Assembly: GCA_016618085.1 (NCBI GenBank)
Contig: JABLTG010000152.1
Location: 1-47,340, forward strand
Direction of reading: 5' to 3'
DNA from: Neovahlkampfia damariscottae
Lineage: Eukaryota
Length of the DNA: 47,340 nucleotides
Shown here: one piece after another, positions 21,981 to 33,957 of the stretch
Layout of the letters: the number at the start of each line of letters is the position of its first letter
How positions within the stretch are numbered: the first letter of the stretch is position 1
The notes under the pieces: model-generated
What the model was told of the DNA's origin: nothing
Seen by the model: the letters and a program-made list of their open reading frames with translations, nothing else
Database searches by the model: none
Position numbers and translations under genes: made by a program

Positions 21981-23122
21981 TTATTGAAAAATTGGTGGGA
22001 AATAATCATCAATTTCTTTTTCTAATTCATTGTAAGTTGCATATGTTTTCTTTGTTTCTTCATTTTCAACAAGACTTGATTTGTCAATTCTGAAAATTTG
22101 TTTTAATGGAATACCGACACTTGAATAGGATATATCGTCAGTTACTCTATTTCCAAATCCACCATAAAATGGATGATCAAATAAATTTGATATTGTGTTC
22201 AAAATATGAATTTTAAAAGTGTGAGGTTCTCTGATTAAAACTTCTCTAATAAATGCATGTGCTGACTTGTTTGGACTCGTAATAATCGGAAAATCAGGCA
22301 TTTTATAATTATCCTGATCTATAGAATGTATGTATCTTTTTGTTTCTTTGATCATTGAAACAGGTCTTGCTGTCAAATATATCAACTTATATCCATTTTT
22401 AACAATTTTTGAAAATAATTTTGAACATCCAGCATGAGTGTAATCTTTTTGCATGGACGAATATATATGTCCTCTCATATCACTTCTTGTCACAGTTCCA
22501 TCAATATCAGAAATAATGACAGAATCAGAAGATTTAAAGTAATACATCTTTCCTTCACAAGAATAATTCCCGTCTGAGAATTCAATCGTCAAATTATCTT
22601 TATCACTCTTTTTTATAACTTCTTGAATCTCTTTCATTTGCTTTTCATTTGGTGTTAATAATGAATGATCGAGTGTAGCAACTTCTACAGTCTCACGAAA
22701 TTTGTTTTTTGGTTGTGTGAACCAATCCTTAAATTTTAATGATTTTTCTTTTAATAAATCATGTGGAGATTCTATTCCTTCTTTTTTCTCAAAAAAAAAT
22801 GGTGAGCGTTCTTTTGGTAATAAAATCATTTGAAAGGATAATTTTTGTGAGTTGATTGAGATGGAAATTGGAATTTCTTTTTGTGTTTGGTTTGATAGAA
22901 ATATGACAAAAAATGGTGATGATTTTAATGATCCATCTTTTTGTTCACTTAAAATTACATCAACACAAGCAGGTCGGCGTAAAACTTTTTTAAACACTAT
23001 TGTTTAATTTTTCATTTTTTTTTACCTTTTGTGATGTAATAGTAACAAATGAACAGAATTAATACATAAATTAAAGTTGAATAGTATTTTACAAGAAGTG
23101 ATAAAACGTTGTTGATGTTCAT
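21981..23122 (-). CDS. lipin/Pah1-family phosphatidate phosphatase (LNS2)
   Basis: Lipin N motif (VDVI..QKDGSLKSSPFFV), ISDIDGTVTRSD HAD motif, YLTARP, FYGGFGNRVTD; first exon joined by intron 22997-23025. Confidence 0.88.
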
Positions 23123-23623
23123 TTAACCGAAAGACGTTTGTCAAAACTGACCAATAAAACACAACTCAATAAATAACAAAGCATGAATAGAGTCTTTCTA
23201 TATATATTTCAGGAACTGTGTTTTGTGGGAATCATTTAGTAGTAGTCTAAGCTCGTTTTCAGCGACTAAATTTTGGAATTGAAAGAATTTTAGTTTGACC
23301 AAAAGATTACAACAACTTTATCCTCCACTTCTTCATTTTTATATTTCAAAAACAAAATATATAAATCCTTCAAATGTAATTCGGTTTCCAAAATTTTGAA
23401 AGTTGAATTTTTAGCTGTTACTGTTTGGTCTTTCAATTCCAAAATTTAGTTGCTGAAAATGAGTTTGCACTTGCTACTACTTCATTGAAAAGCAGAAAAT
23501 TTCCAATTTTGGAAAACCGAAATAAAACTAAAACACAAATTTGGCAATTCAATTGTCTTAAATTGGTGATAATAATTGATCAATCATCACTCCAATCAGA
23601 TTTTTTTCTGCAACTCGAACGTT

Positions 23624-24144
23624 ATGGAAAAGCAGAACATTCTTGACCTCACAAACTACCCAAAGATTTATGCAGCTTCTCAACTTGGTCTATCAGTTGT
23701 TGAATTGACTGAAAAATGTAAAGAGCTTGGTAAGTAAAAGTGACTAAACTTTTGGAAAATGAAGGAATAAACAGGTGGCCATATCACTCTAGAAATAAAA
23801 ATCAAGAAGTTGATAAAGTTCCTTTCAAGAATTTCAAAATTCACAATCCACCATCCGTGACAAAAAAGAGAAAACAAACTCAAGATTCAGAAGTGGTGAA
23901 AAACTTAAAAAAATTACAAAACTCAACGATAATAGATTCAAGAAAGAACTTTGAATCATTCTTTCCATCAACTAAAGCAAAGAAAATGGAGGCTGTAAAT
24001 TTAGAAAAGAAAAGACTTGAACCTGAGAAGAGACTACCAGAAAAAAGGATTACTGTAAATGAACACAGTGCCACAAATGGTCAAAATGGCTTTATGCTTC
24101 CGTCATTTGATGAGCTTGTGTCAAATTTGAATCGTCTTTCATGA
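23624..24144 (+). CDS. RWP-RK domain transcription factor
   Basis: Removing intron 23730-23764 gives YPKIYAASQLGLSVVELTEKCKELGINRWPYHSR. Confidence 0.8.
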
Positions 24145-24419
24145 ATAAAGATTATGTTGTTGTACAGATTTTTTAGGACGTCAAGTGTGCATGCAGAGGA
24201 ATAACAAGGAACTCAAGAAAATATTGAATAATTTTTTTGTTTAAAATTTATTCTCCAACCATTGAATGACACGTGGTGTTCGGAAAACTTCACAGACTTG
24301 ATTGGTCAAATTAAATATTGAGAAGATTTTCCACTCAACACTAAAATTTGTGGATTTTTTTGTATTTTTTTTTTTCTAAAAATAAAGCGAAAGTTATCCA
24401 ATCATTTATTTGTTTGTTG

Positions 24420-26621
24420 ATGAAGTCGGTGAGTGTTGAATTACCTCTCTCCAGAGAAAACGAAGATGAAACCTACTTTACCTTCATCACTAAAAACTTT
24501 CCACTACCACCAAATTTCAAAAAAGACATCAGTTCAACAATACTAGATGATGAAAAAGATGAGTTGCTTGAAGAACAAATCGAATATGAAATTGGAACTT
24601 TAATCTCACGTTCTACATCAGAAGAAATTGACAAAGAAAAATGGTTATCCGTAGCAATGAAAAGAAATCCACATTTATTGTATTTGACTGAAAGGTTAAG
24701 ACCTTTTTCAAATCAATCTTCTTTTTCAATTGATATATTAAAAAAGTAACTTTTTTAGAAACTAAAATCTCCAAGAAAAAAAGTTTCTTCAACTGAAAAT
24801 CCAGATGTACTAACACGTGAAAATTTAATACAAATTATTCATCAACATTTCAGAAAACAGAATCAAATTGAATCAAGTGAACAATTAGCTGAAGAAACTG
24901 GTGTAAAATTTAATGGTATTTATAATGATGAAACAGATCAATCTGTATTGAAAACTCTTTTGTGTAATTTTTTTTTTAACTAACAAATAAGCAATTGGAA
25001 TTAATGCTCCTGAAAAAATCAAACAAATGCCAAAAACCAAGAAAAAGGCGTTATTAAAAGATGATATTGAAGTTCAAACTGCTTCTATTTATACTCATCT
25101 TGACAGAGATTTTGACCCTTGTGATTTAAGAAACAATGTTTGGCTGGAAATTTTAAACAATGAAGAAGACAATATTTGGGCACCATTTGATCAAAAACAA
25201 AACAGAATTGATGTCAAAGCAATGACACTTTCAAAAATGATTGATTTGTTAACTCTAGAAGAAGAATTTGAGCCACGCTTTTTAGACACATTCTTAATGA
25301 CATATCGTTCTTTCACAACACCAGAAGGTAATTTTGTCCAACATGTTTTAATGAAGTTTTTCAGTTTTACTTAAAAAGTTGATTGAAAAGTATGACGTTC
25401 CTGCACAAATTCCAAATGAAAAAATAATCCAAAGCAAAATTGGAAACATTTTAAAGACAGTAAGAAACTTTATTTCTTTATTCTTGTGCTCATAGTGGTT
25501 AACTCGTTTTTTTTTTCTTGATTGGAATCAAAACATGCTTTTCACTTTGAATAATTTTATAGACTCAAAATTGTCAAGTATAGAAAACATGGATATTGCA
25601 ATGAAGATTCAGAAAACTGTTCAAACTAAATTAGAAGGCGATAATGAAGATGAAACAAGTAAGTTAAAAATTTGGTCAACATTTTTTTCTTGCATAGTTA
25701 TTCAATACAATCAAAAAAGAACCTATCCAACAGTTCCTAAGAACTTGTTTAATAATGATTTGAAGCTTGAAGAAATTGATGAAATGGAGTTGGCTCGTCA
25801 AATTACCTTAATGGAACAAGAATACTATTTAAAAATTAAACCTGTTGAATTATTGGATCAAGCTTGGAACAATGAAAAATTAAAACACAGAGCTGTGAAT
25901 ATATCAAAATTAACTCGTTATTTCAATCAAATTTCAGCATGGGTTGCGAATATGATTACTCTTCCAGAAAGTTTAAGAGTTAGAAAATCTTTATATATAA
26001 AAGCAGTCAATATAACAAGAAATTTATTCAAAATTAACAATTTGAACTCTTGTTTAGCTTTAAATGCTGCTTTACAAAATGCTGGTGTTCACAGATTAAA
26101 ATTTACAAAAGAAGGAGTTGATGCAAACGCAGAGAAAGATATAAAAAACATTGAGTATATCTTAACAGATACAAGAGATAATCAAAAAGCTTATAAGACA
26201 CATTTGAATGAAATTAAATTACAAAGACTCCCAACAATGCCATACATGTAAAAAAAAGAATTTTTTCACATTTTTTTTTAATAGTGGTATTTGGTTGACT
26301 GAATTGATTTTTATCAATGATGGAAATCCTAATATGGTAGAGCATGGTGAATCAAAAAGAAAAGTAACAAAAAAAAAATTTTTTTCTAAACTCATTCTCC
26401 CTTTGCAGTTGATCAATTGGAAAAAAAGAAAATTAGAATTTGAAACTATATCAAAAGTAAAAGAATTTCAAATTTACAGATATGACTTTTTCCCTGTTTA
26501 TCAAATTAGAAAAGTGATTGAAAAGAAATTGGAAGAAACCTTTTTACAAGATGATGATTTGTATAACATTTCTAAAGAAAGAGAACCAAGAAATGCAAAA
26601 AAAGATGCATTAATTGCATAA
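24420..26621 (+). CDS. Ras guanine nucleotide exchange factor (LisH-like, REM and Cdc25 domains), multi-exon
   Basis: LIQIIHQHF..LAEETGV (LisH-like), FLDTFLMTYRSFTTPE (REM), ELARQITL, FNQISAWVA, PYMGIWLTELIFINDGNPN, LINWKKR. Confidence 0.92.
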
Positions 26622-26637
26622 GACACAAATTGATATT

Positions 26638-27672
26638 TTATTCATTTTTGTTGATCACCAATAAATCAATAAAAATTTTATCTTTTTTACAAGAGAATTG
26701 TTTATCATCTTTTAACAATAACCAACCTTCATCTTCAATATCATAAAACCTTATTTCACTAAAATCAGTTACATTATCATATTTTAATAATTGTTTCAAA
26801 ATCCAACCAAATATCATGTATTCAGTTGATGTACATCGAAGTAAACGAAAATCATCATTGGTTTCATTTTCATATCGATATTTTATGATATATTTTCTAT
26901 ATTTATATTTAAATTTCACTGTGAATTCTTTAAATTGTTGATTTGAATATGAACTTAACAAACACCAATATTCTCTCCCAAGAATTCTAGGAAGTGGATC
27001 AGAACGTTCATAAACTTGAATATCAAATCTATTTTTATGACCTCCTTCATTAAACTGATAATATTCTTCTTCTTCCTCTCGTAACTGTTTTTCTCTCAAA
27101 CGTGCTGATTGTACAACTTTTTTGGTTGGAGGAACATCGTTGACTGGCTTTGGTTTTGAATTTGAAATTTTCTTCTTTGGGTTACGACTCTGACACTCCA
27201 AACAATAAAAATCACCCTCTGGAATATAATCTAACTCTTCACATTGTGCATGAACTGAATTTGAACATCTTTTGTTTTAAAAAAGAAAAAAATGTTACCC
27301 ATCACATAAAAGAAGATAACCACTTTTTCCACATATATAACACTCAGATTCATGATCACTTACAACTTCTCCTTTTGATTCTTCAAAATCATTGATGGCC
27401 AATTGCAAACCTTGTTTGAAAGCGGATTCAAGAGATTTGCTGACTTTATGTTTTGATATTAGATTGTCAATGGTATCATTTTCAAATAGTTTCAAGGATT
27501 TTGGAGAAATCCAAGCGCATTGAGGTTTTTTTGTATTTTCATAAAACTCGACTAAAATTTTATCCTTGGTGATTTTAGTCACTTTGGAAGGCCACCAAGG
27601 AAATCCTTGCAAATGAGCCCAAACAATTGAACCAATTTTATATTTTCCTTCATCTTCTTCTTCATTCCTCAT
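26638..27672 (-). CDS. PWWP plus PHD finger chromatin-reader protein
   Basis: IVWAHLQGFPWWPS; CYICGKSGYLLLCD|GCSNSVHAQC..IPEGDFYCLEC across an intron near 27270-27298. Confidence 0.88.
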
Positions 27673-27748
27673 GCTTTTCTAGTACTGCTAATTTGACCAA
27701 TAGGATATTTTAGCCAATCAACTACAAACACATTTTTTCTGTGTGAAA

Positions 27749-28623
27749 ATGTTGAGGTCGTTTTTAAAAGTAAAAAAAAAAAAATTAAATTAAACCAAAA
27801 GAAAATATCATCTACTGTATATAAAATTATTGAATACATTGTTATTTATATTTTGAAGTTCGGTCCAATTCCAAAACATGTTGCTTTTATCATGGATGGA
27901 AATAGAAGATGGGCAAAAAATAACAATCTTACTACTGAAAAAGGACATGAAAATGGTTATGAAAAATTAAAAGATGTAAGAAAGAACAACCATTTTTTTT
28001 ACTCTAAAGACTTTAGATTGGTGCCAGAAGTTTGATATTGAGGAAGTCACAGTATTTGCTTTCAGCATAGAAAATTTTAAAAGATCGGAGTCGGAGGTTA
28101 ATACTTTGATGAATTTGGCTCAAACAAAATTTGAAGAGATGATGTCTCAGTGAGAATTTCTTTTTTTTAAAATCATCATTTCTAGAGATATCATTGACAA
28201 ATATGATTTGAAGATTAAAATCCTGGGTGAAAAATCTTTATTACCAAAAGGACTACAAGATACTATTGATAAAGTTGAAAGTTATTCTTCAGATCGAAAG
28301 AGGTATAGTTAACAAAAATTAACATTTTTAGTTTGTTATTAAACATATGTTTTTCGTATACATCAAACCAAGAAATCACTTCAGCATTGAAGAAATGTAA
28401 TAAATTTACCATTGAAGAATTGAATTCCAACTTGTATACATCACATGAACCAGATATTTTAATAAGAACATCTGGAGAAAGAAGACTCTCAGATTTTTTA
28501 ACTTGGCAATGCGGAAATTCATTAATTTATTTTTGTGAAAGAAATTGGCCAGAATTCTCAGAATTTGAATTTTTTAAATCAATTCTTGAGTATCAAAGTC
28601 AATATGAAGAATTAAAAAAATAA
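27749..28623 (+). CDS. DHDDS: cis-prenyltransferase (dehydrodolichyl diphosphate synthase-like), multi-exon
   Basis: [63 protein letters not shown]. Confidence 0.9.
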
Positions 28624-28635
28624 AATTTTGTTTCT

Positions 28636-29756
28636 TCATTTTTTCTCCAATTTTTGAATGATTTTTTCTTGAATTTCAAATAGCGTATCCTTCATTGAAC
28701 TTGAATCAATTGCAGTCGTAGTATATGTCTCGATATCTCTTTTTGTATTCATATTCTTCTTTAGAAATTCATTCTTTATGAAATTCAATGCTTCTTCTTC
28801 ATTTTTACCTTTGGATTTGAATAAATGAAATAGATACTTACCGTTGTATTCATTAAAATATTCATGCAATTCTATTTTTTTGATTTTTTCTTTGAACAAA
28901 TCATACTTGTTTAAGATCAAGTAAATTTGTGAATTTTGAAGATATTTCAAAGCACAAATTTCTTCAAATAAAGCTAAAGAATCTTCTAATCTATTTATTT
29001 TTTCATCCTCTACTAATGTTTGATCGAAACTATTCAAGGAAGTAATGAATAATACAACATTGCAATCATCAAAGACATGAGCCCATTTTCTTCGCTCAGA
29101 TTGTTGACCACCAACATCACAATATAAAAATTTGTAATTTGAATAGCTGTAATATTGCTCATGCACACCAACTGATTTTTTTCTGCAGTAAAGAATGTCT
29201 TCATTGGTTGGTGTAAAATTCTCTTTTGAAATATCTTCAATTTTCGAAACAAAGTAAAGAAACGATGATTCTATTGTATTTTCCCGACTTTCTAATGTCA
29301 TTTCTTTCCAAAGTTCAGATAATTCTTTTCCAAAATCTGGTGTTAAAATTTCATCGTCAATCTCTGTGAGTTTTTTTTGTTTGACTTTTTTTGCAAGTTT
29401 ATCAGCTGTTTTATTCAATTTTTCATTGTGTAATAAAATCTTTGATGCCTTCATGTCCTCCAGAATTTGTTGAATTCCATTCAACCCATGTTGTCGAATC
29501 AATTTCTTATAGTTTTCAATTTCTATTTGTGTCAGATTTATATTGTTCATCATTTTCAATTGATGTAAGAATGTGCCTGTTTTGGTTTAATTTTTTATTT
29601 TGTTCTACTTTTTCCAGAATCTCCACTTCCTAATAGCAAAATCTTCAAATTTTGTCTTTTTGTGTCTTCAAGAATATCTTCAACAATTTCTTCATCATCT
29701 GAATCATTTTTGCTTGATGATGAATTCATTCCAAGTAACTTTTTGACGTTTGACAT
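28636..29756 (-). CDS. heterotrimeric G-protein alpha subunit
   Basis: KILLLGSGDSGK|STF, DILYCRKKSVGV, DVGGQQSERRKWAHVF, LILNKYD, TTTAID; two short introns. Confidence 0.92.
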
Positions 29757-29896
29757 TGATGTTTCAAATTCTTCAATAACTATTGGCTGAATTATTCATT
29801 CATTTTATTTTTAGTTTAAAGTTCTTAAATCTAAAAAAGAAAATGGTATATTGGTTAATTTAGTTTCCTCCAATAATTTCATCAAACACTTCAATA

Positions 29897-30377
29897 ATGG
29901 TTCAATTGACTTCAAACGACTCTTGTGGAGCAATAATAATCAAAAAAAAAAAGGACTTAGATTTTCTGAATTATGAAGTAGCTGTCACTCAAGGTATCTC
30001 AAAGAAAGGATATTCTTTTCCAAAAGGACATGTAAAATAAAAAAGAATTAAAAAAAAAGCTGGAAAACAATGAAACACCATTAGAAACAACTTACAGAGA
30101 AGTCCATGAAGAATCAGGATTAAAAAAAGATGATTATAAAATTATAAGAGAACTTGGAATCATCAATGTTCGTCCAGGAAGAAATGTATTTTTCTATTTG
30201 GCAATATTGAATGAAGATAAAGAAAATATAATTTTGGAACCATTTGATAAAACACAAACTTTTGAAGCATTTTGGGTGACTGTGAAAGATATCATTGACA
30301 AGAATACATTTTTAAAAGGTGGTCAATTTGATTTTTTTATGGGCAAAATTGAAGAAATAAAATCATCAATATCCTGA
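29897..30377 (+). CDS. Nudix hydrolase (not in the supplied ORF track)
   Basis: MVQLTSNDSCGAIII...FPKGH|LENNETPLETTYREVHEESGL: a complete Nudix box across intron 30032-30059; stop TGA at 30375-30377. Confidence 0.88.
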
Positions 30378-30635
30378 TTCAAAAAATCGAAATAAACGTA
30401 CATTGTTGAAATAACTAAACTTAAACTCTTATAAATCAAGAATTTTGTGTGATGCAGAAATTGATCATCGAATTTCTTTGCATTTTGGAATCAAATGAAA
30501 TATTGAATATTTTGTTCAAATTCAGATTGAATGTTCAAAATAAATCTAAAATTAAACCAAATTTTATCCTTTCTAAAAATAAATTGAATCTCAATTCTAC
30601 GCCAATCATATCCATTTTTAATCAACAAGTGTGCA

Positions 30636-32357
30636 ATGTCCACCAAGCCAGTTCTTCTCAATGAATCATTTTCCATTCATAAATACAATGGAGGAAAAGA
30701 ACAAGAAGGTTATGAAATAGAAAATATATTGGATCTTCAAACAAGACCTCATTGCTCTTCAAACGGAAAAAATTTTTCTGTTTGTCTAAAATACAACGGA
30801 AAATCAGAAACTTTTTCCTTATCAAATTTTACAATAACAGGAGGTACAAATTGTTCAGAACCTTTAAAAAATGGATTACTCTTTGTCAGTGACCATGAAA
30901 TCACCAATGAAACAATGTCACAATACAAAAATTTTACAAAGGAAAAATTTGAAAGTTTAAAAAAAAATTCGCATGAAGAACCAGTACTTTATTTTGAAAC
31001 AGATCGAAATTCATTTGATTTTCAACATGAATTCAAAGGAAAATTTCTTGAAGGAAAATTCATTGGAATTTTGTTCATTTCAACTTTTGGAAAAGGAGAT
31101 AATATTGATGTGCAACATGTTGGTTTAGTTGGGTTCGATGGAAATACAGAAAAATATCATGAAGTTGGAGAAGTATCAAATGAGCTTCATTTACTTAAAA
31201 AAGTGTTGAAAGAAGGTGTGAATGAATTCCATGTTGATTTGTTTAATTACATCACTATCAAAGAAAATTTAATGTTGATTTCAGGAAATGATCAACAAAT
31301 TTCAGATTTCTCAGATGTTGCTGAGAATTCAGAATTCAAAGAAAAATTCACTTTTTTCAAAGCATCAAAAGATGATCCAACGATATCAAGACTTATTTCT
31401 GTCATTGGTGTTTCAAAATTTCCATGTTTGATTATGTTTGATGGTGAATTGAGACATAAATATGGAACTGAACAATCAGATAAAATTACAAAAGATTTTA
31501 TGTTGAGTTTTTGTAAAGGATTTCTTGATGGGAAATTAAATGATCATGTCATTGTAAAATCAGCTCCAAGACCAAAAAATGATGAAGATCCAAAACATCC
31601 AGGAATCAAAATCTTAACAACCAAATCATTCAAAGAAATAGTCTTTGATGAAACTAAAGACGTACTTGTTGATGGTAAAATTATATTTAATGATTAATTT
31701 TGTTTAGTTTATGCAGATTGGTGTGGTCCTTGTATGGCTATTGCTCCAACACTTTATCAATTGGCTGAAAGTTTTCAAAAATCAGGTATTGATTCAATTG
31801 TGATTGGAAAAATTGATTCTGATGCAAATGATGTTGATACAGATATTTTCCCAGAACCTGGAATTCCAAATTTAAAATTTTTTCCTCAAGGATCAAAAGA
31901 CAAACCTGTCAAATATCTTGGTGATAGATCAGCAAAAGATTTTTTGAAATTCCTTCATGAAAACGCAAAAACAAAATTCGACATAGCTGCAGTAGAATCT
32001 AAATTGGATGAAGTTAAAAAAGAACATGAAAAAAGAGCATTGGGGAAAGTTGTAAAAATCCACAATGAAAATGAATTTAATGAAGCAATTCAAACTGATA
32101 AATTAGTGGTTGTTGATTTTACTGCAAGTTGGTGTGGACCTTGTCGATACATTGCACCAAAATTTTCTGAATTATCAAATCAATATGAAAATGTTTTATT
32201 CCTCAAAGTTGATGTTGATGAAATTCCAAAATTACCTCAAATTTATGAAGTTGGAGCTTTTCCTACATTTAAATATTTGAAAAACTCAAAAGTTGTTGGT
32301 GCTGTTGAAGGAGCAGACCCTGAAGCATTAGAGGAAGCAATCAAGAAACATCAATAA
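30636..32357 (+). CDS. multi-thioredoxin/PDI-like protein with extra N-terminal beta-rich domain
   Basis: Intron 31675-31707 gives DVYADWCGPC; second active site DFTASWCGPC; upstream non-catalytic Trx-like segment; no signal peptide. Confidence 0.9.
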
Positions 32358-33626
32358 ATATTTTTTGGGATATATTCATGTTCCGAACTGTAAATAGGAG
32401 GAAAGTTGAGAAAAACATTGGTTCCGATTCGTTCGGTACAGTTTTCCAAATCAAGTAAATTTGAGCTCATCCGCACCAATAAAAAGCATCAATTTTTTTT
32501 CCAATATTCAACAAACAAAACATGCAAAAGAAACAATTACAACCAGGAGTTAATGAATTTCACGCAGATTTCTTCAACTACATTGCGTTGAAAGAAAATA
32601 TCATGTTGATTTCAGGAACGGAAACACAAAAACAAGAATTCAAATACACAGCAGAAAATTCGGAATTTAAAGACAAATACAACTTTTTCACTGGTTCAGG
32701 AGATGATATAGTGCTTTCAAGGGTAATTTCAGCAATAGGAGTTTCTAAATTCCCTTGCCTTATCATGTTTGATGCACAATTACAACACAAATATGGTTGT
32801 GAAGAGTCAGAAAAATTGACAAAAGATTTAATGATGAAATTCTGTGAAGGATATGGAAAAGATTCCTTAGAACAATATGCAATTGTAAAATCAGCTCCAA
32901 GACCAAAAAATGATGAAGATCCAAAACATCCAGGAATCAAAATCTTAACAACCAAATCATTCAAAGAAATAGTCTTTGATGAAACTAAAGACGTACTTGT
33001 TGATGGTAAAATTATATTTAATGATTAATTTTGTTTAGTTTATGCAGATTGGTGTGGTCCTTGTATGGCTATTGCTCCAACACTTTATCAATTGGCTGAA
33101 AGTTTTCAAAAATCAGGTATTGATTCAATTGTGATTGGAAAAATTGATTCTGATGCAAATGATGTTGATAAAAAAATATTCTTTGAAGGAAGTATCCCAA
33201 ATTTAAAATTTTTTCCTCAAGGATCAAAAGACAAACCTGTCAAATATCTTGGTGATAGATCAGCAAAAGATTTTTTGAAATTCCTTCATGAAAACGCAAA
33301 AACAAAATTCGACATAGCTGCAGTAGAATCTAAATTGGATGAAGTTAAAAAAGAACATGAAAAAAGAGCATTGGGGAAAGTTGTAAAAATCCACAATGAA
33401 AATGAATTTAATGAAGCAATTCAAACTGATAAATTAGTGGTTGTTGATTTTACTGCAAGTTGGTGTGGACCTTGTCGATACATTGCACCAAAATTTTCTG
33501 AATTATCAAATCAATATGAAAATGTTTTATTCCTCAAAGTTGATGTTGATGAAATTCCAAAATTACCTCAAATTTATGAAGTTGGAGCTTTTCCTACATT
33601 TAAATATTTGAAAAACTCAAAAGTTG
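31551..33626 (+). repeat. near-identical direct repeat, 31551-32295 vs 32882-33626
   Basis: About 745 bp identical by eye, including the intron, apart from one divergent patch (about 31839-31868 vs 33170-33199); offset 1331 bp. Confidence 0.9.
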
Positions 33627-33914
33627 TNNNNNNNNNNNNNNNNNNNNNNNNNNNNNNNNNNNNNNNNNNNNNNNNNNNNNNNNNNNNNNNNNNNNNNNNN
33701 NNNNNNNNNNNNNNNNNNNNNNNNNNNAATTATCAAATCAATATGAAAATGTTTTATTCCTCAAAGTTGATGTTGATGAAATTCCAAAATTACCTCAAAT
33801 TTATGAAGTTGGAGCTTTTCCTACATTTAAATATTTGAAAAACTCAAAAGTTGTCGATAAGTTAGAAGGTGCTGATCCAAAAAGTTTGGAGGATTTGATT
33901 CAAAAACATCAATA
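32522..33914 (+). CDS. tandem paralogue of the multi-thioredoxin protein, lacking the N-terminal domain (spans an assembly gap)
   Basis: Same intron and two WCGPC sites; 100 N at 33628-33727; C-terminus DKLEGADPKSLEDLIQKHQ after the gap. Confidence 0.82.
33628..33727. other. assembly gap (100 N)
   Basis: Run of N. Confidence 1.
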
Positions 33915-33957
33915 AAAATTTGATTGGACAATTTGATCCAACCAAACAAAATTCGTG

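Noticed and set aside
23425..23646. 73-aa ORF upstream of the RWP-RK gene
   Set aside because: Non-ATG start, no motif, overlaps the CCAAT promoter region.
32360..32480. Slightly GC-richer spacer with GTTCCGA/GTTCGG motifs, a possible tRNA or ncRNA
   Set aside because: No cloverleaf or convincing stems could be built by eye.
33728..33855. Apparent third thioredoxin repeat after the N gap
   Set aside because: It duplicates about 33501-33627 immediately before the gap; most likely an unmerged contig overlap.
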